Source: Octopus sinensis (taxonomy: Eukaryota). From it: a stretch of 56,786 nt of DNA. The notes under the pieces were generated by a model, which was not told the DNA's origin, did not search any database, and saw only the letters and a program-made list of their open reading frames with translations. This document shows positions 47,701 to 56,786 of this stretch, piece after piece (the stretch's first letter is position 1; each line of letters begins with the position of its first letter). Location of the stretch: the NCBI RefSeq assembly GCF_006345805.1, contig NW_021833642.1, positions 1 through 56,786 on the forward strand. Reading direction: 5' to 3'. The translations under genes were made by a program, and so were the position numbers.

Positions 47701-49308
47701 ACCTTAAGAGAAATTACAAGAGAAGACAGTAAGAGCCATGGAAGTATTTATGGAACAGAGGTAAAGAAAGAATGACCTGGTAATGAGAAAAAGATTGAAC
47801 TAGATCAAGGGGAGAAAGAATACCAGCATAGGATTCCATATAAGAAATTTACAAAGATTATATTACCACCATGCTTTTGTACATTCTATGAGTTAATAAT
47901 GACTAATGAGTTTGGCATATAACATCAGATGGTAGGAAGCTGTGATATTTATTTGTTGGTTTCTTGAGTATTTTTAAAGTTAGCAGTCTTCAGTTACAAT
48001 TCTCAAACCAGCAGAAAACACTTCCCTATTACATTAAGAAGAGAAAACAATCTTTATTTGTTTTTATAATTTTGTTTATTTTTTTTGTTCAAGGACTTCA
48101 ATGCTTTGGTACAGTACATGGAACAATTTCAACCCAATGATTTTTTGGAAGCTATGTCAGATTTTCACCTTCTCTTGTTTCTTGCCACTTGTGATATGCT
48201 TCCACTCAAGGTAATGTCTTCATGAGACTTCTCTCTGTTACATGTCTCAACATTTCTCACATTTCATGCAGCTATATCTTAACATTTCCTTTTTTCTATT
48301 CTACATGTCTTAAAAACATCTTAAAATCTCCCACATCTATCTCAGTTATATCTTAAAATATCTCACATTTCCTATTGATATCTTAACTCTCCCATATGTT
48401 TTCAATATCTCTTAACATCCCCCATTCCCTTTAGATTTATCCTCCCCTTTCCAGATCCCTCACTTACAGCTTAACTTTTTGCCCATCCTTTCATTAAATC
48501 TCAACTTCTCTGCCATCTTTTATCATCATTTTAATGTTCACTTTTCCAAGCTTGCATGCGTCAGATATAGTTTATTGAAGCAGACTTTTCTACAGTCAGA
48601 TGTCTTCCTTGTTTCCAAGCAAGGTAATATTTCCCTGTGGACAGACATGTTCTCACTGAATATTGGAAGTGAATGACACTACTTGTATGACAGTGACGCT
48701 CATTTACAACTATCACATGAGATACAAATCTGACACACTCACACAAAATTACGTTTAAATTTCTCTCTTTTCTCCTCTCATATCTCTTATAGCTACATTT
48801 TAACATAATATTATCTGTTATTTATATCTTAATATCTTTCACTCATAGTTAAAATCTCTCATTTTTCATTGACATTTTAATATCTGCCACATCTCTTTGT
48901 GATGTCGTCACTCAAGGTCCAAATTCTGTATTGGCCTGTGCCAACATTCATTGGATTTCAAGAAATCTAAATTTGTATACCAGTCATCTTATTTACATGA
49001 AACCTTTTCTGACAGTTTGTATCGAGGTGAACACCTTATTATGAAAAACTAAATCCCAAACCTGTTTTTAGAATTCTTCATTTGTATTGCTGATGTTATT
49101 AAGAAAGGCATGAGTATCACAACATTCAATTCTTTGATCTATCTATGTGTGTGAGTTGACTTGTCTGTGAAAGGAATCTTTATTTTTCTTTTTTAGGAAA
49201 CTATTTCAATAATATTGGAAGCTGTGAAAACCAAAGATAAAAACCTTGCACACAAGTTTAAGAAATCAGAAGAGTGGGCCACAGTTGAGGAGATGATGGC
49301 TGCCCAAG
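23612..49308 (+). CDS. NPLOC4: Nuclear protein localization protein 4 homolog, partial spliced CDS: join(23612-23695,29444-29556,30130-30372,31922-31970,34213-34307,37168-37291,37894-38073,39487-39648,43939-44226,47218-47388,48094-48210,49197-49308)
   Basis: Twelve AG/GT-bounded exons with compatible phases give 579 codons + 1 nt and no stop. They cover the UBL domain, zf-Npl4 ([12 protein letters not shown]; [17 protein letters not shown]) and the Npl4/MPN-like domain ([66 protein letters not shown]). Confidence 0.96.
24552..26672 (+). mobile_element. Mariner (DD34D) transposon with both TIRs; decayed transposase
   Basis: TA|TTGGGTTGGCAACTAAGTTCCTGCCGTTTTTT ... AAAAAACGGCAGGAACTTAGTTGCCAACCTAA|TA (32 bp, one mismatch). 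Motifs HSGRP, WVLRAL (WVPHEL), [16 protein letters not shown] and [13 protein letters not shown]. Confidence 0.93.
25150..25986 (+). mobile_element. 5'-truncated CR1-group LINE nested in the mariner
   Basis: VKDLGILVD...[12 protein letters not shown]...[10 protein letters not shown]...[14 protein letters not shown]...RGHSEKL...FSVRV. 3' stem-loop CCATGT-CCCCCT-ACATGG (25933-25950), (TAAC)4 tail, and apparent TSD ACTTG (25145-25149 / 25987-25991). Confidence 0.9.
26868..28350 (-). mobile_element. 5'-truncated BovB-like RTE LINE with a 10-bp TSD
   Basis: [25 protein letters not shown]; [14 protein letters not shown]; [15 protein letters not shown]; MLFADDAAL; [24 protein letters not shown]; RIGLHS. 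ATAATATATT at 26858-26867 and 28351-28360. Confidence 0.9.
28387..28894. mobile_element. Head-to-head palindrome of a composite element: tRNA-like head, (AAY)n linker, pLTR/hammerhead-like tail
   Basis: Arms of about 250 bp around a 3-nt loop at 28641-28643. A-box-like 28661-28672, B-box GAGTTCGATTCC 28704-28715, and hammerhead-like motifs at 28798-28843 (+) and 28450-28495 (-). Confidence 0.8.
29444..29556 (+). CDS. NPLOC4: NPLOC4 coding exon ([37 protein letters not shown])
   Basis: tttcag| ... CA|gtaagt; 113 nt; phase 0 to 2. Confidence 0.88.
30130..30372 (+). CDS. NPLOC4: NPLOC4 coding exon (HGDMLFL...[22 protein letters not shown])
   Basis: atcag| ... TT|gtaagt; 243 nt; phase 2 to 2. 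Confidence 0.92.
31040..31397 (-). mobile_element. RTE LINE fragment (same family as 54330-56786)
   Basis: [14 protein letters not shown]...[22 protein letters not shown]. Confidence 0.85.
31922..31970 (+). CDS. NPLOC4: NPLOC4 coding exon ([16 protein letters not shown])
   Basis: tgcag| ... GAG|gtgagt; 49 nt; phase 2 to 0. Confidence 0.93.
32072..32400 (+). mobile_element. Two adjacent degenerate tRNA-derived SINE copies
   Basis: Similar to 3214-3355 and 41957-42115 (TGTGTGGTT...GTCCCA...AAACTGAAAGAAG). Confidence 0.6.
33563..33780. mobile_element. piggyBac-type MITE
   Basis: TTAA|CCCATTAGTATTTAAA ... TCTAAATGCTAAAGGG|TTAA; 16-bp TIR with three mismatches; TTAA TSD. Confidence 0.75.
34213..34307 (+). 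CDS. NPLOC4: NPLOC4 coding exon ([31 protein letters not shown])
   Basis: ctcag| ... AA|gtaagt; 95 nt; phase 0 to 2. Confidence 0.93.
34540..34742 (+). mobile_element. Degenerate SINE
   Basis: CTGAGTTCAAATTCC B-box-like motif and a CCTTGTACCAAAATTTGAAACC tail shared with 39880-40090. Confidence 0.6.
35576..36500 (-). pseudogene. Tc1/Tc3-like (DD34E) transposase remnant
   Basis: [12 protein letters not shown]...[16 protein letters not shown]...GGVIVWG...[11 protein letters not shown]...[17 protein letters not shown]. Frameshifted; TIRs not found. Confidence 0.85.
37168..37291 (+). CDS. NPLOC4: NPLOC4 coding exon ([41 protein letters not shown])
   Basis: tttcag| ... CAA|gtaagt; 124 nt; phase 2 to 0. 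Confidence 0.96.
37894..38073 (+). CDS. NPLOC4: NPLOC4 coding exon ([12 protein letters not shown]...AIYEPPQ)
   Basis: aacag| ... CAG|gtaaag; 180 nt; phase 0 to 0. Confidence 0.96.
39078..39181 (+). repeat. Perfect 52-bp tandem duplication containing a Helitron-like 5' end
   Basis: 39078-39129 equals 39130-39181; A|TCTACTATATAAATGTGAG at 39096 and 39148. Confidence 0.8.
39487..39648 (+). CDS. NPLOC4: NPLOC4 coding exon (ESSKNRIQ...IGWIFTDL...HYRGNQ)
   Basis: tacag| ... CAG|gtacaa; 162 nt; phase 0 to 0. Confidence 0.95.
39700..40560. mobile_element. Cluster of about 4-5 degenerate SINE copies in both orientations
   Basis: Repeated GAGTTCAAAT motif and TAAAATAA..ACCAGT..AG.ACTGG.GTTGAT; reverse-orientation pieces near 40330-40560. 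Confidence 0.6.
41095..41225 (-). mobile_element. Helitron 3' terminus remnant
   Basis: Minus strand: CCCGGC-AAG-GCCGGG hairpin (41107-41121) followed by TTATACTGCTTG|T (CTTG variant of CTAG). Confidence 0.6.
41315..41685. repeat. 184-bp-arm near-perfect palindrome (3-nt loop) with a hammerhead-like motif in each arm
   Basis: 41315-41498 pairs with 41502-41685 with two mismatches. Motif AACCAC-CUGAAGA-A UGUC...GACA C-GAAA-CGAUC A-UA^GUGGUU at 41526-41577 (+) and 41423-41474 (-). Confidence 0.92.
41716..41915 (-). mobile_element. SINE (second family)
   Basis: TTTCAGTCATTTGACTGTGGCCATGCTGGAGCACC...AGTACTTATTCTATCGGTCTC; related to 13975-14420. Confidence 0.65.
41957..42115 (-). mobile_element. 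tRNA-derived SINE (well preserved)
   Basis: Minus strand: TGGCTGTGTGG A-box-like, GGATTCAGTCC B-box-like, ...GGAAACTGAAAGAAGCCCGTCGT then (AT)n. Confidence 0.8.
43939..44226 (+). CDS. NPLOC4: NPLOC4 coding exon ([11 protein letters not shown]...VPDVFYK)
   Basis: ttcag| ... AAG|gtagaa; 288 nt; phase 0 to 0. Confidence 0.96.
44460..45997 (-). mobile_element. RTE LINE, decayed copy with an internal deletion
   Basis: [30 protein letters not shown] joined directly to the linker region; [14 protein letters not shown]; colinear with 54330-56786. Confidence 0.85.
47218..47388 (+). CDS. NPLOC4: NPLOC4 coding exon ([22 protein letters not shown]...[13 protein letters not shown])
   Basis: tttag| ... 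CAG|gtgagt; 171 nt; phase 0 to 0. Confidence 0.96.
47527..47670. mobile_element. piggyBac-type MITE (degenerate)
   Basis: Flanked by TTAA at 47523-47526 and 47671-47674; right end AAAGGG|TTAA; the reverse complement resembles the end at 49736. Confidence 0.5.
48094..48210 (+). CDS. NPLOC4: NPLOC4 coding exon (DFNALVQY...[18 protein letters not shown])
   Basis: tcaag| ... AAG|gtaatg; 117 nt; phase 0 to 0. Confidence 0.94.
49197..49308 (+). CDS. NPLOC4: NPLOC4 coding exon ([37 protein letters not shown])
   Basis: tttag| ... G|gtaaga; 112 nt; phase 0 to 1. Confidence 0.93.
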
Positions 49309-49617
49309 GTAAGAATAAGTTAATATTGTTTTCAGAAATATAAGAAGCTCTCCTGAAGAAGTGATGGTTGCCTATCACTGGGTAATCTTTGTTTTGTTCC
49401 ATTCTCTCAGTAATACTTGCCTTAAGTTTGCTTTTGTATGGTTATTATTTTTATATTTTATTAATTAAATCTTTATATATTTCCTCTTTTGAATACATGA
49501 GGCTCTTTTAGAGAAGGTAAGCTTTGTTTTATCTATAATGTTCAGTACAGTGAAGTAGACCACTTTTATGTATGGGTGCTCCCAGTGGTTTACTTCTGTC
49601 CTAGGGCAATAGTTTAA

Positions 49618-51985
49618 CCCATTCGTTACTAATCTGGCCGAAAAATCTTTTGGTTCTTAATACCAACCCGGCCGAGAGAACCTATTGTTATTTAAATGTA
49701 AATTTGAACCCAAATCTCGTTGGTACATTCGTTAACCCTTTCGTTACTATATTTCTGACCAAAATACACCCCTTATGTGTTTCAATTAATTTCTAACATA
49801 ATCATAAATTTAGTCTGGTTTCATTAAACAACTATAACTTTTTTATTTATCAATATATTAATGTGAATTTTGGAAGATAATTTAATGAAATGTTCCCAAC
49901 CAATTCTATACTATAATTTTTGTCACAAAGTGACTCTAATTGCAGGTAGATTCAGGTAAATTCAACAAAATATAAAATTATTAAAATTTTGTTCAAACAT
50001 CGCTGTAGAAAATGGGTTATTAGCTAATATTCAATTGGGTATACAACAAAATTTTACGATAGAATTTGTTATTCTGGGTAACTTTCTGATACCCATAATA
50101 ATATTTATATCAAAATAGTCTTAATTTCATTTAAGGTTATGGGAAACCACTAACTATCCTTTCTTTCGTTTTGTTTACATTTAGCGTAACGGTTCGTTTC
50201 CGCCGTAATGATTTCAAATAGGCTCAATCGAAAAAGTAAAAAGAAATAGTCTAAGGCTTTACTCTTCTGGGAAAGTCTGTGGCTTGGTCCAGTTTCTTCA
50301 GAAAAATCACCGAAAGAAACAGTTTTTAAATTTTCACTCCATTCGGGTGCCAATTCATTTTCTTTATCGCTGTCGGAGCTCTCGGATTCACTGTTTTCAC
50401 TTTCGGAAAATGAAACATCAGATTCATTATCAAATACCACGTGCTTTTTTTTTTTTCAGTCATAGAGTTAGATTTATCAAGGTCTTCAGTAGAAAATCCT
50501 TCGAATTCTGACTCGCTGCTTGATATAATGAAATTCGTATCCATTTTTTGTCAGAATTACAAATTTTGAAAACACAATAGGAACAAATTTCGGAAAAAAA
50601 TCTCCCAAAATTCACAGAATTAAAATTACACTTCTGTACAAAACTGTAGTTGAACTGTTTACGAAGTATAATACGTGTTTTCACGAATGTACTAAAGAGA
50701 TTTGCTCTGATATTCTCATTTAAATATGAATAGGTAAATTCGGGCGGCTTTGGGTGGTTTGGTCACATTAACCAAAATTTTTTTCGGGCGGTTTGGTATC
50801 GAAAGGGTTAAAACATGTGATTTCACTTTGTAAATAGTTGGCTTATAGTATCCGACATTGCTTGAAGTGATATCTCAACTCAGTGAATTTGGGAGATTTT
50901 TTTCCACATGTTTTTTGGCATCATTTTTCTTCAACTTTGAAAATGGATAGGAGTTTCATGTTATCAAGCATTGATTCCGAATTTAAAGCTTTTTCAACGG
51001 AAAATAGGGAGATATCGAGAAAAAGAATGAAATAGGTACTAAAGCACGTGGTGTACAATAATTAATAGGATATTTTTTTATCCGAAAATGAAAGCGATTC
51101 CGAAGAAACAAAGTGGCGATTGCGACAGCAAAGACGATTTTACATCGGAATGAAGTAAAAAACTTTAAAAAATGTTTTTATTAGCAATTTTTCTAGGAGA
51201 TAAAGTTTATCTATAGTCTTTCTTAGGAAGCGAAACCATTAGACTTTTATTTTTTTCAGTATGCTAGTTTGAAGCATTCACTTCAGAAACAAACTTACGC
51301 CGAATGTAAACAAACACTGGAAGTTATTGTTTGAAGCGATCAATGCGGAAACAAATTTACGCAGATTGTAAGCAAACACAAAATGGGGGATCAAAGTTTG
51401 GAAAATTTGTGAAGTAAATACTGGGTACTGCGTGGATTTAGTTTTTATGCAGGGAAAATAATGTTAGTCAGCATGGCCTAGAGAACGATGTGGTCTGGAA
51501 TTTATCACTTCCATACCATACCGTATATTATTTTTTGACCGATTTCTTTAGTTCGGTCAAACTTGCGGTGGATTCCAATATTTCAGTTTATTCCATCTTT
51601 ATGGTACACCTGTTGTGCATTAAATTCAACTGATGATCTAGTGATGTGCACAATTCTTCTTTATCAAAATTTTGTTGCATACCCATTTGAATATTAGCTG
51701 ATGATTCATTTTCTATGGTGATGTTTAAACAAAATTTTAATATTTTTACCTTTTGCTCAATTTACCTGGATTTACCTGTAATTAAAGTCACTTTGAGACA
51801 AAAGTTATGCAATAGAATTGATTAAGAACCCTTTCTTTAATTATGTTCCAAATATCACATTAAAATGTTGATAAGTAAAAAAGTTACAGTTATTTAATGA
51901 AACAAGCCTAAATTCATGATTATTTTAGAATTTAATTGAAACTCATGAAGGGTGTATTTTGGTCAGAAATATAGTAACGAAAGGG
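49618..51985 (+). mobile_element. piggyBac element A (outer), decayed
   Basis: TTAA|CCCATTCGTTAC ... GTAACGAAAGGG|GTAA. Transposase relics MDRSFMLSSIDSEFKAFS, GIKVWKICEVNTGYC and DRFFSSVKLA-like sequence. Confidence 0.75.
49736..50807 (-). mobile_element. piggyBac element B (inner, antiparallel), internally deleted
   Basis: TTAA|CCCTTTCGTTAC ... GTATCGAAAGGG|TTAA. Transposase N-terminus MDTNFIISSSESEFEGFS...GPSHRLSQKSKALDYFFLLF...IITAETNRYA. Confidence 0.85.
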
Positions 51986-52288
51986 GTAAGAGGTAATTAA
52001 AGTTCAAAATTTGCTGACATTTTGCACTTAACTTGGAGGACTCTCATAAATGAAGTTCTGTTGAAGAAATAATGCTTACGTGATCAATTCCCATTTTGAA
52101 GACACTAGTGTTCTTTTGTTGAGTAACTGTTGCTATGATGGCTCTTTGAAGTGAGTATCCACTTGCAATGAGTAACCTCTGTGGAGGTTGATACTCTTCA
52201 TGGGTAACTCTTGTTCTGAGAACTGATAGTGTTGTCAGAAATCTGTTTGCATTTCATTTCTTGCTGTGAGAAGAGATTTATAAAGTAA

Positions 52289-54085
52289 CTAGCAGAGGCA
52301 CCTGGCATTGTCCAGGAATGAAATTGTTTCTTACACACTGAAAGAAAAAAGCAAAATATGTTATATAGAAATTTGTTATTCTAAATTCAATTTAATCTTT
52401 AATTGGGATACAATTTATTCTTTAAATGGGAAATCAATTCTGAACTCATAATACAAAAGAAATAAAATAATAATGATAATAAAAAAGCAAAAATACAAAA
52501 TTTACCACTTTTATGAAAAGAGATAAATTCTATCACATATGTTGGTGAAAATTACGTAAGAGCTTCTGGTTAAACAACATTCTTTGTTTTCTGGTTTGGA
52601 GCATAGAAAAATAAGTCTTGCAAAGCATCGACCCTGGAACAACCAACATGAAGCTGACAATGAGAAAAGCAAGGCCCAGTTAAGTGCAAGCAAGTAGATT
52701 TCAAAGTCTGACCTTGAGCTTTATTAATAGACATTGCAAAGAAAAGTTGCACTGGTAATTGTGTTCGTTTAAACTCAAATGTGTGTGTCAATAAATAAAT
52801 ATACATAGATATATATATATATAGAGACAGGTATATATATATATATATACAGAGAGAGAGAGAGGGATAGGGAGAGAGAGACAGTGATATATATACATAT
52901 ATATGTGTGTGCCAATAAATAAATATACATTGATATATATATATATATATGTGTGTGTGTGAGTGTGTTGGTTTGATTGGAATTCCTGGAATGAAAATCT
53001 CTTCCCTAGAGGCACAACCAGTGATGATGGTACCTCCTTTCACATTAGGTGATAACGTAATGTCTTCACAATCAACCTTGTCCTATTGCATAATTTAAGA
53101 GGATTTAAATTTCTTAGAAGTATTATTCATCATCATCATCATTGTTCGACCGTGGTCGAGACTTTCATAGTCTTTTCAAATGGCTAATAATGTGTGCGCG
53201 CGCCACTACTACACACATTGGAAAGCATTGTACAACCAAGTACTAAAGAAGATCTTTCCTCCTCCATGAAACAAAGCTGTTCCCGCTGGACGTCAACCCA
53301 GTATTTCTAAGCTACGGACCCAGTGATTTATTGTAAGGTTATCTCCCTAGATAGATTGCCTTCACTACGGCTAAGGAGCCCTTTCTACCCCATGTAGAAA
53401 TATTATTAGGACTCCTACCTTCAGAAAAAGTTTGTGGAGGAGTTCCAGGTGGCTTGAGAATGAGGAACTCTATTGGGTAATGGACAGCATGATTTTCATC
53501 AAGGACTGAATCAACTGATTTGTACTCCTTTATGACTGTTGGAATCTTATTCATTAAATTATGGTTAATACTGTCTCATTTTTTGGAACAAGAATTGCCG
53601 TTTCACACAACCATTTATGTGAATTATAATTATTACCCAAGTCTGGAAATACCCTGTTCTTCAATTTGGCTGGGGAATTCACCACCATGGCAATATGAGC
53701 CAAATTGATATCACCCTTCCCATCAAATGGTACTTTCCCATTTCCTAATTGGAGGAGCCAGGTTGAAAACTTTTTTGCACATTGGTCCCCATGTAATAAA
53801 GCTCGCACATTAGTAATGAAGGAGGATTTCTGTACTTTATTCCATAGGTTTGAAGACTTAATACATACTTTTATTTCATCAGGTGTTGTTCATCTCGGAA
53901 TGACTGGTAATGTCTGTCTGGTCTCCTGATAAAACTAAGTTATCCCCTTCCATAGGTTTATTGTTGCCTCTTATGTCCTGTAAGGTCTTACCAAGAGCTT
54001 CATTTGCATCTCTTTGTGACATGGTGCGTTCATTCCAAATGATCAGGTGGCATTGGCGCAACACTTCTGCTGAACCTGAACTTTT
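52289..54085 (-). mobile_element. Helitron 3' half: PIF1-like helicase remnant plus 3' terminus
   Basis: LRQCHLIIW; VLSGDQ; WLLQLGNG; WLCETAILVPKN; IILLRNLNP; FIPGIP; FKRTQLPVQLFFAMSINKAQGQTL; CFSHCQLHVGCSRV. 3' end CTGGACAATGCCAGGTGCCTCTGCTAG|T at 52289. Confidence 0.9.
53128..53394 (-). mobile_element. 267-bp retroposed insert with an (ATG)n tail and a 13-bp TSD, inside the helicase
   Basis: TAGAAGTATTATT at 53115-53127 and TAGAAATATTATT at 53395-53407; (CAT)5 at 53128. Confidence 0.8.
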
Positions 54086-54329
54086 TTGTATGTATGTGTG
54101 TGAGAGTGAGTGCCACTTAGACATCACTGTCTGTCACTCTCTCTCTTACACACACACACACACATGTACACATACATACAAAAAAATGTATGCATGTGTT
54201 TATGTACATATACATGACAACACACCACTCACTCACTCTCTCTCTCCGTTTCTCTCTCACACACACATACATAAATGCATACAAATGTACATACAAAAAC
54301 ACATGACTACAAATACATAGAACTGAATA

Positions 54330-56786
54330 CATCATCATCATCATCATCATCGTTTAGCGTCCGCTTTCCATGCTAGCATGGGTTGGACGGTTCTACTGGG
54401 GTCTGTGAAGCCAGAAGGCTTCATCAGGCCCAGTCAAATCTGGCAGTGTTTCTACGGCTGGATGCCTCTCCTAACGCCAACCACTCCGTGATGTAGTGGG
54501 TGCTTTTTACGTGCCACCCGCACTGGGCCAGACAGAGCTGGCAAACGGCCACGAACGGATGGTGCTTTTTATGTGCCACCGGCACGAGGGCCAGGCGAGG
54601 CTGGCAACGGACACGAAACGGGGCGGTGCTGGCAACGGTCGCGAAACGGAAAGTTCTCTACATGCCACCGCACTGGTAACACATCTGCAATTTCCATGAT
54701 CGATTTCCATTGATCGATTTCGATTCTGATCCTCACTTGCCTCAACGGGTCTTCACAAGCAGAGTTTCGACATGCCACCGGCACTGGTAGCACATCCGCA
54801 ATTTCCATTGATCGATTTCGATTCTGATCCTCACTTGCCTCAACACGTCTTCACAAGTAGAGTTTTGTGTCCCAAGAAGGGAAGGTATGCATACGTAGGC
54901 TGGCTCCATCCCATGTAGAAGGCCACGGGTTGTTGACTCACTTGTCCTGCCGGGTCTTCTCGCGCAGAGCACACTTCCAGAGGTCTCGGTCTCTAGTCAT
55001 TTCCTCAGTGAGACCTAAAGTTCGAAGGTCGTGCTTCACCACCTCGTCCCAGGTTTTCCTGGGTCTGCCTCTTCCACAGGTTCCTCAACCGCTAGGGTGT
55101 GGCACTTTTCACACAACTATCTTCATCCATTCTCGCCACATGACCATACCAGCGCAAACGTCTCTCTTGCACACCACAACTGATGCTTCTTAGGTCCGCT
55201 TTTCTCTCAAGGTACTTACACTCTGCCGAGTGTGAGTACCGGCATTACACATCCATCGGAGCATACTGGCTTCATTTCTAGCGAGCTTACGCATATCCTC
55301 AGCAGTCACGGCCCATGTTTCACTGCCATGTAGCATGGCTGTTCGTACACACGCATCATACAGTCTGCCTTCACTCTGTGCGAGAGGCCTTTTGTCACCA
55401 GCAGAGGTAAGAGCTCTCTGAACTTTGCCCAAGCTATTCTTACTCTAGCAGTTACACTTTCAGCACACACCCGCCCCTGCTGCTGACTTGGTCACCTAGG
55501 TAACGGAAACTATCAACTATTTCTAGTTTTTCTCCCTGGAAAGTGACGGAAGTTGGTCTCAGAGCATTTTCAGTGTTTATTGTTCCTGAGCATCTGCCAC
55601 ATACAAAAACCATCTTCCTAGTTAGCCTTCCTTTGATATTGCTGCATCTCTTATGTGTCCATAGCTTACACTTGGTGCATCTTATAGAGTTTCTACCTAC
55701 ACCTTTTCTACAGATCGAGCAGGGCCATCTACCTGAAGGTGTTTGTGATTTGTCTACCTTCCTACTGATTACGACTTTGGTTTTAGCTAGATTGACTCTG
55801 AGGCCCTTCGTTTCTAATCCTTGTTTCCACACCTGAAACTTCTCCTCCAGTTCTGATAGCGACTCAGCAATTAGAGCAAGGTCATCAGCATAGAGGAGCT
55901 CCCAAGGGCATCCTGTCTTGAATTCCTCCGTTATTGCCTGGAGGACTAAGATAAATAGGAGGGGGCTGAGTACTGAGCCTTGGTGGACCCCTACCTCTAC
56001 CCGGAATTCTTCACTGTACTCATTTCCAACCCTCACCCTACTAGCGGCATCCCTATACATGGCCCGCACAGCTCTCACTAACCATTCATCTATCCCTAGT
56101 TTTCTCATTGCCCACCAGATAAGGGATCGGGGGACCCTGTCGAAGGCTTTCTCCATGTCAACAAAAGCCAGGTACAGGGGCTTATCTTTGGCTAGGTATT
56201 TCTCCTGCAGCTGCTTACAGGAATATAGCATCAGTAGTACTTTTCCCTGGCACAAACCCAAACTGCATCTCATCTAAACTAACTCTCTCTCTAATTAGTT
56301 GGGCTATGACCCTCTCCGTAACCTTCATCACCTGGTCCAACCAGCTTGATACCTCTGTAGTTATTTGTATCTAGGGCATCATCACTTACCTTTGTAGCAG
56401 TTGACTATATACTGCTACACCAGTCATTGGGTATGACCCCTTTGTGTTTCACCTGATTAACTATATGGGTGACTAGGCTATAGCCGACACTACCAGACAT
56501 TTTGAGCATCTCTGCAGTGATTCCTGATGGGCCTGGGGCTTTTCCTGTCTTCATGCTTCTAATTGCCTTAGCTACCACAGAACTATCAACTCGGATAGCT
56601 GGTCCCTCTGTTGGGTCAACATTCGGCAGACTCTCTTTATCCCATTCATTTTCTTCATTCAGCCAACTTTCATAGTGGCATCTCCAGACCTCTCTCTTTG
56701 CATCCTCATTTAGCGCAAGTGAACCATCTTCCATGCGAACACACTTCTCTCCTACCACATCACGATTCTCTCTCACACACTGTCTT
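54330..56786 (-). mobile_element. RTE-clade LINE, best-preserved copy, continuing beyond the window
   Basis: GKAPGPSGITAEMLK; FVDMEKAFDRVP; GVHQGSVLSPLLF; LLYADDLAL; FRYLGD; MLHGSETW; long 3' UTR; (ATG)7 tail. A few frameshifts. Confidence 0.95.

Noticed and set aside
2187-54085. Helitron Rep half (+) and helicase half (-) as one element broken by a 48-kb inversion
   Set aside because: The breakpoints are not complementary (much coding sequence is missing between them), and NPLOC4 lies intact in between. Independent copies are simpler.

Overview
AT-rich, repeat-dense animal genomic DNA; the repeat families and microsatellite load point to a coleoid cephalopod, most likely Octopus (inference). 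One host gene is recognisable: 12 consecutive coding exons of NPLOC4 (NPL4, p97/VCP cofactor) on the + strand at 23612-49308, all with GT-AG boundaries and an unbroken frame of 579 codons + 1 nt. Its first exon and its last (zinc-finger) exon were not found in the window. Everything else is transposon debris: a Penelope GIY-YIG end, Helitron Rep and helicase halves plus non-autonomous Helitrons, a Hero-like RLE retroelement, a hAT transposase pseudogene, Tx1, CR1, BovB-like and other RTE LINEs, mariner, Tc1, nested piggyBacs, MITEs, tRNA-derived SINEs and a 2.5 kb (TA)-rich array. The most notable signal is a set of nine hammerhead-ribozyme-like motifs from about five sequence families. These include two tandem copies with a compensated U3:A8 core 358 nt apart (retrozyme-like), and a head-to-head palindrome of a tRNA-headed element whose tail is a Penelope-LTR-like hammerhead. 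All assignments are by eye, with no database search or folding calculation.
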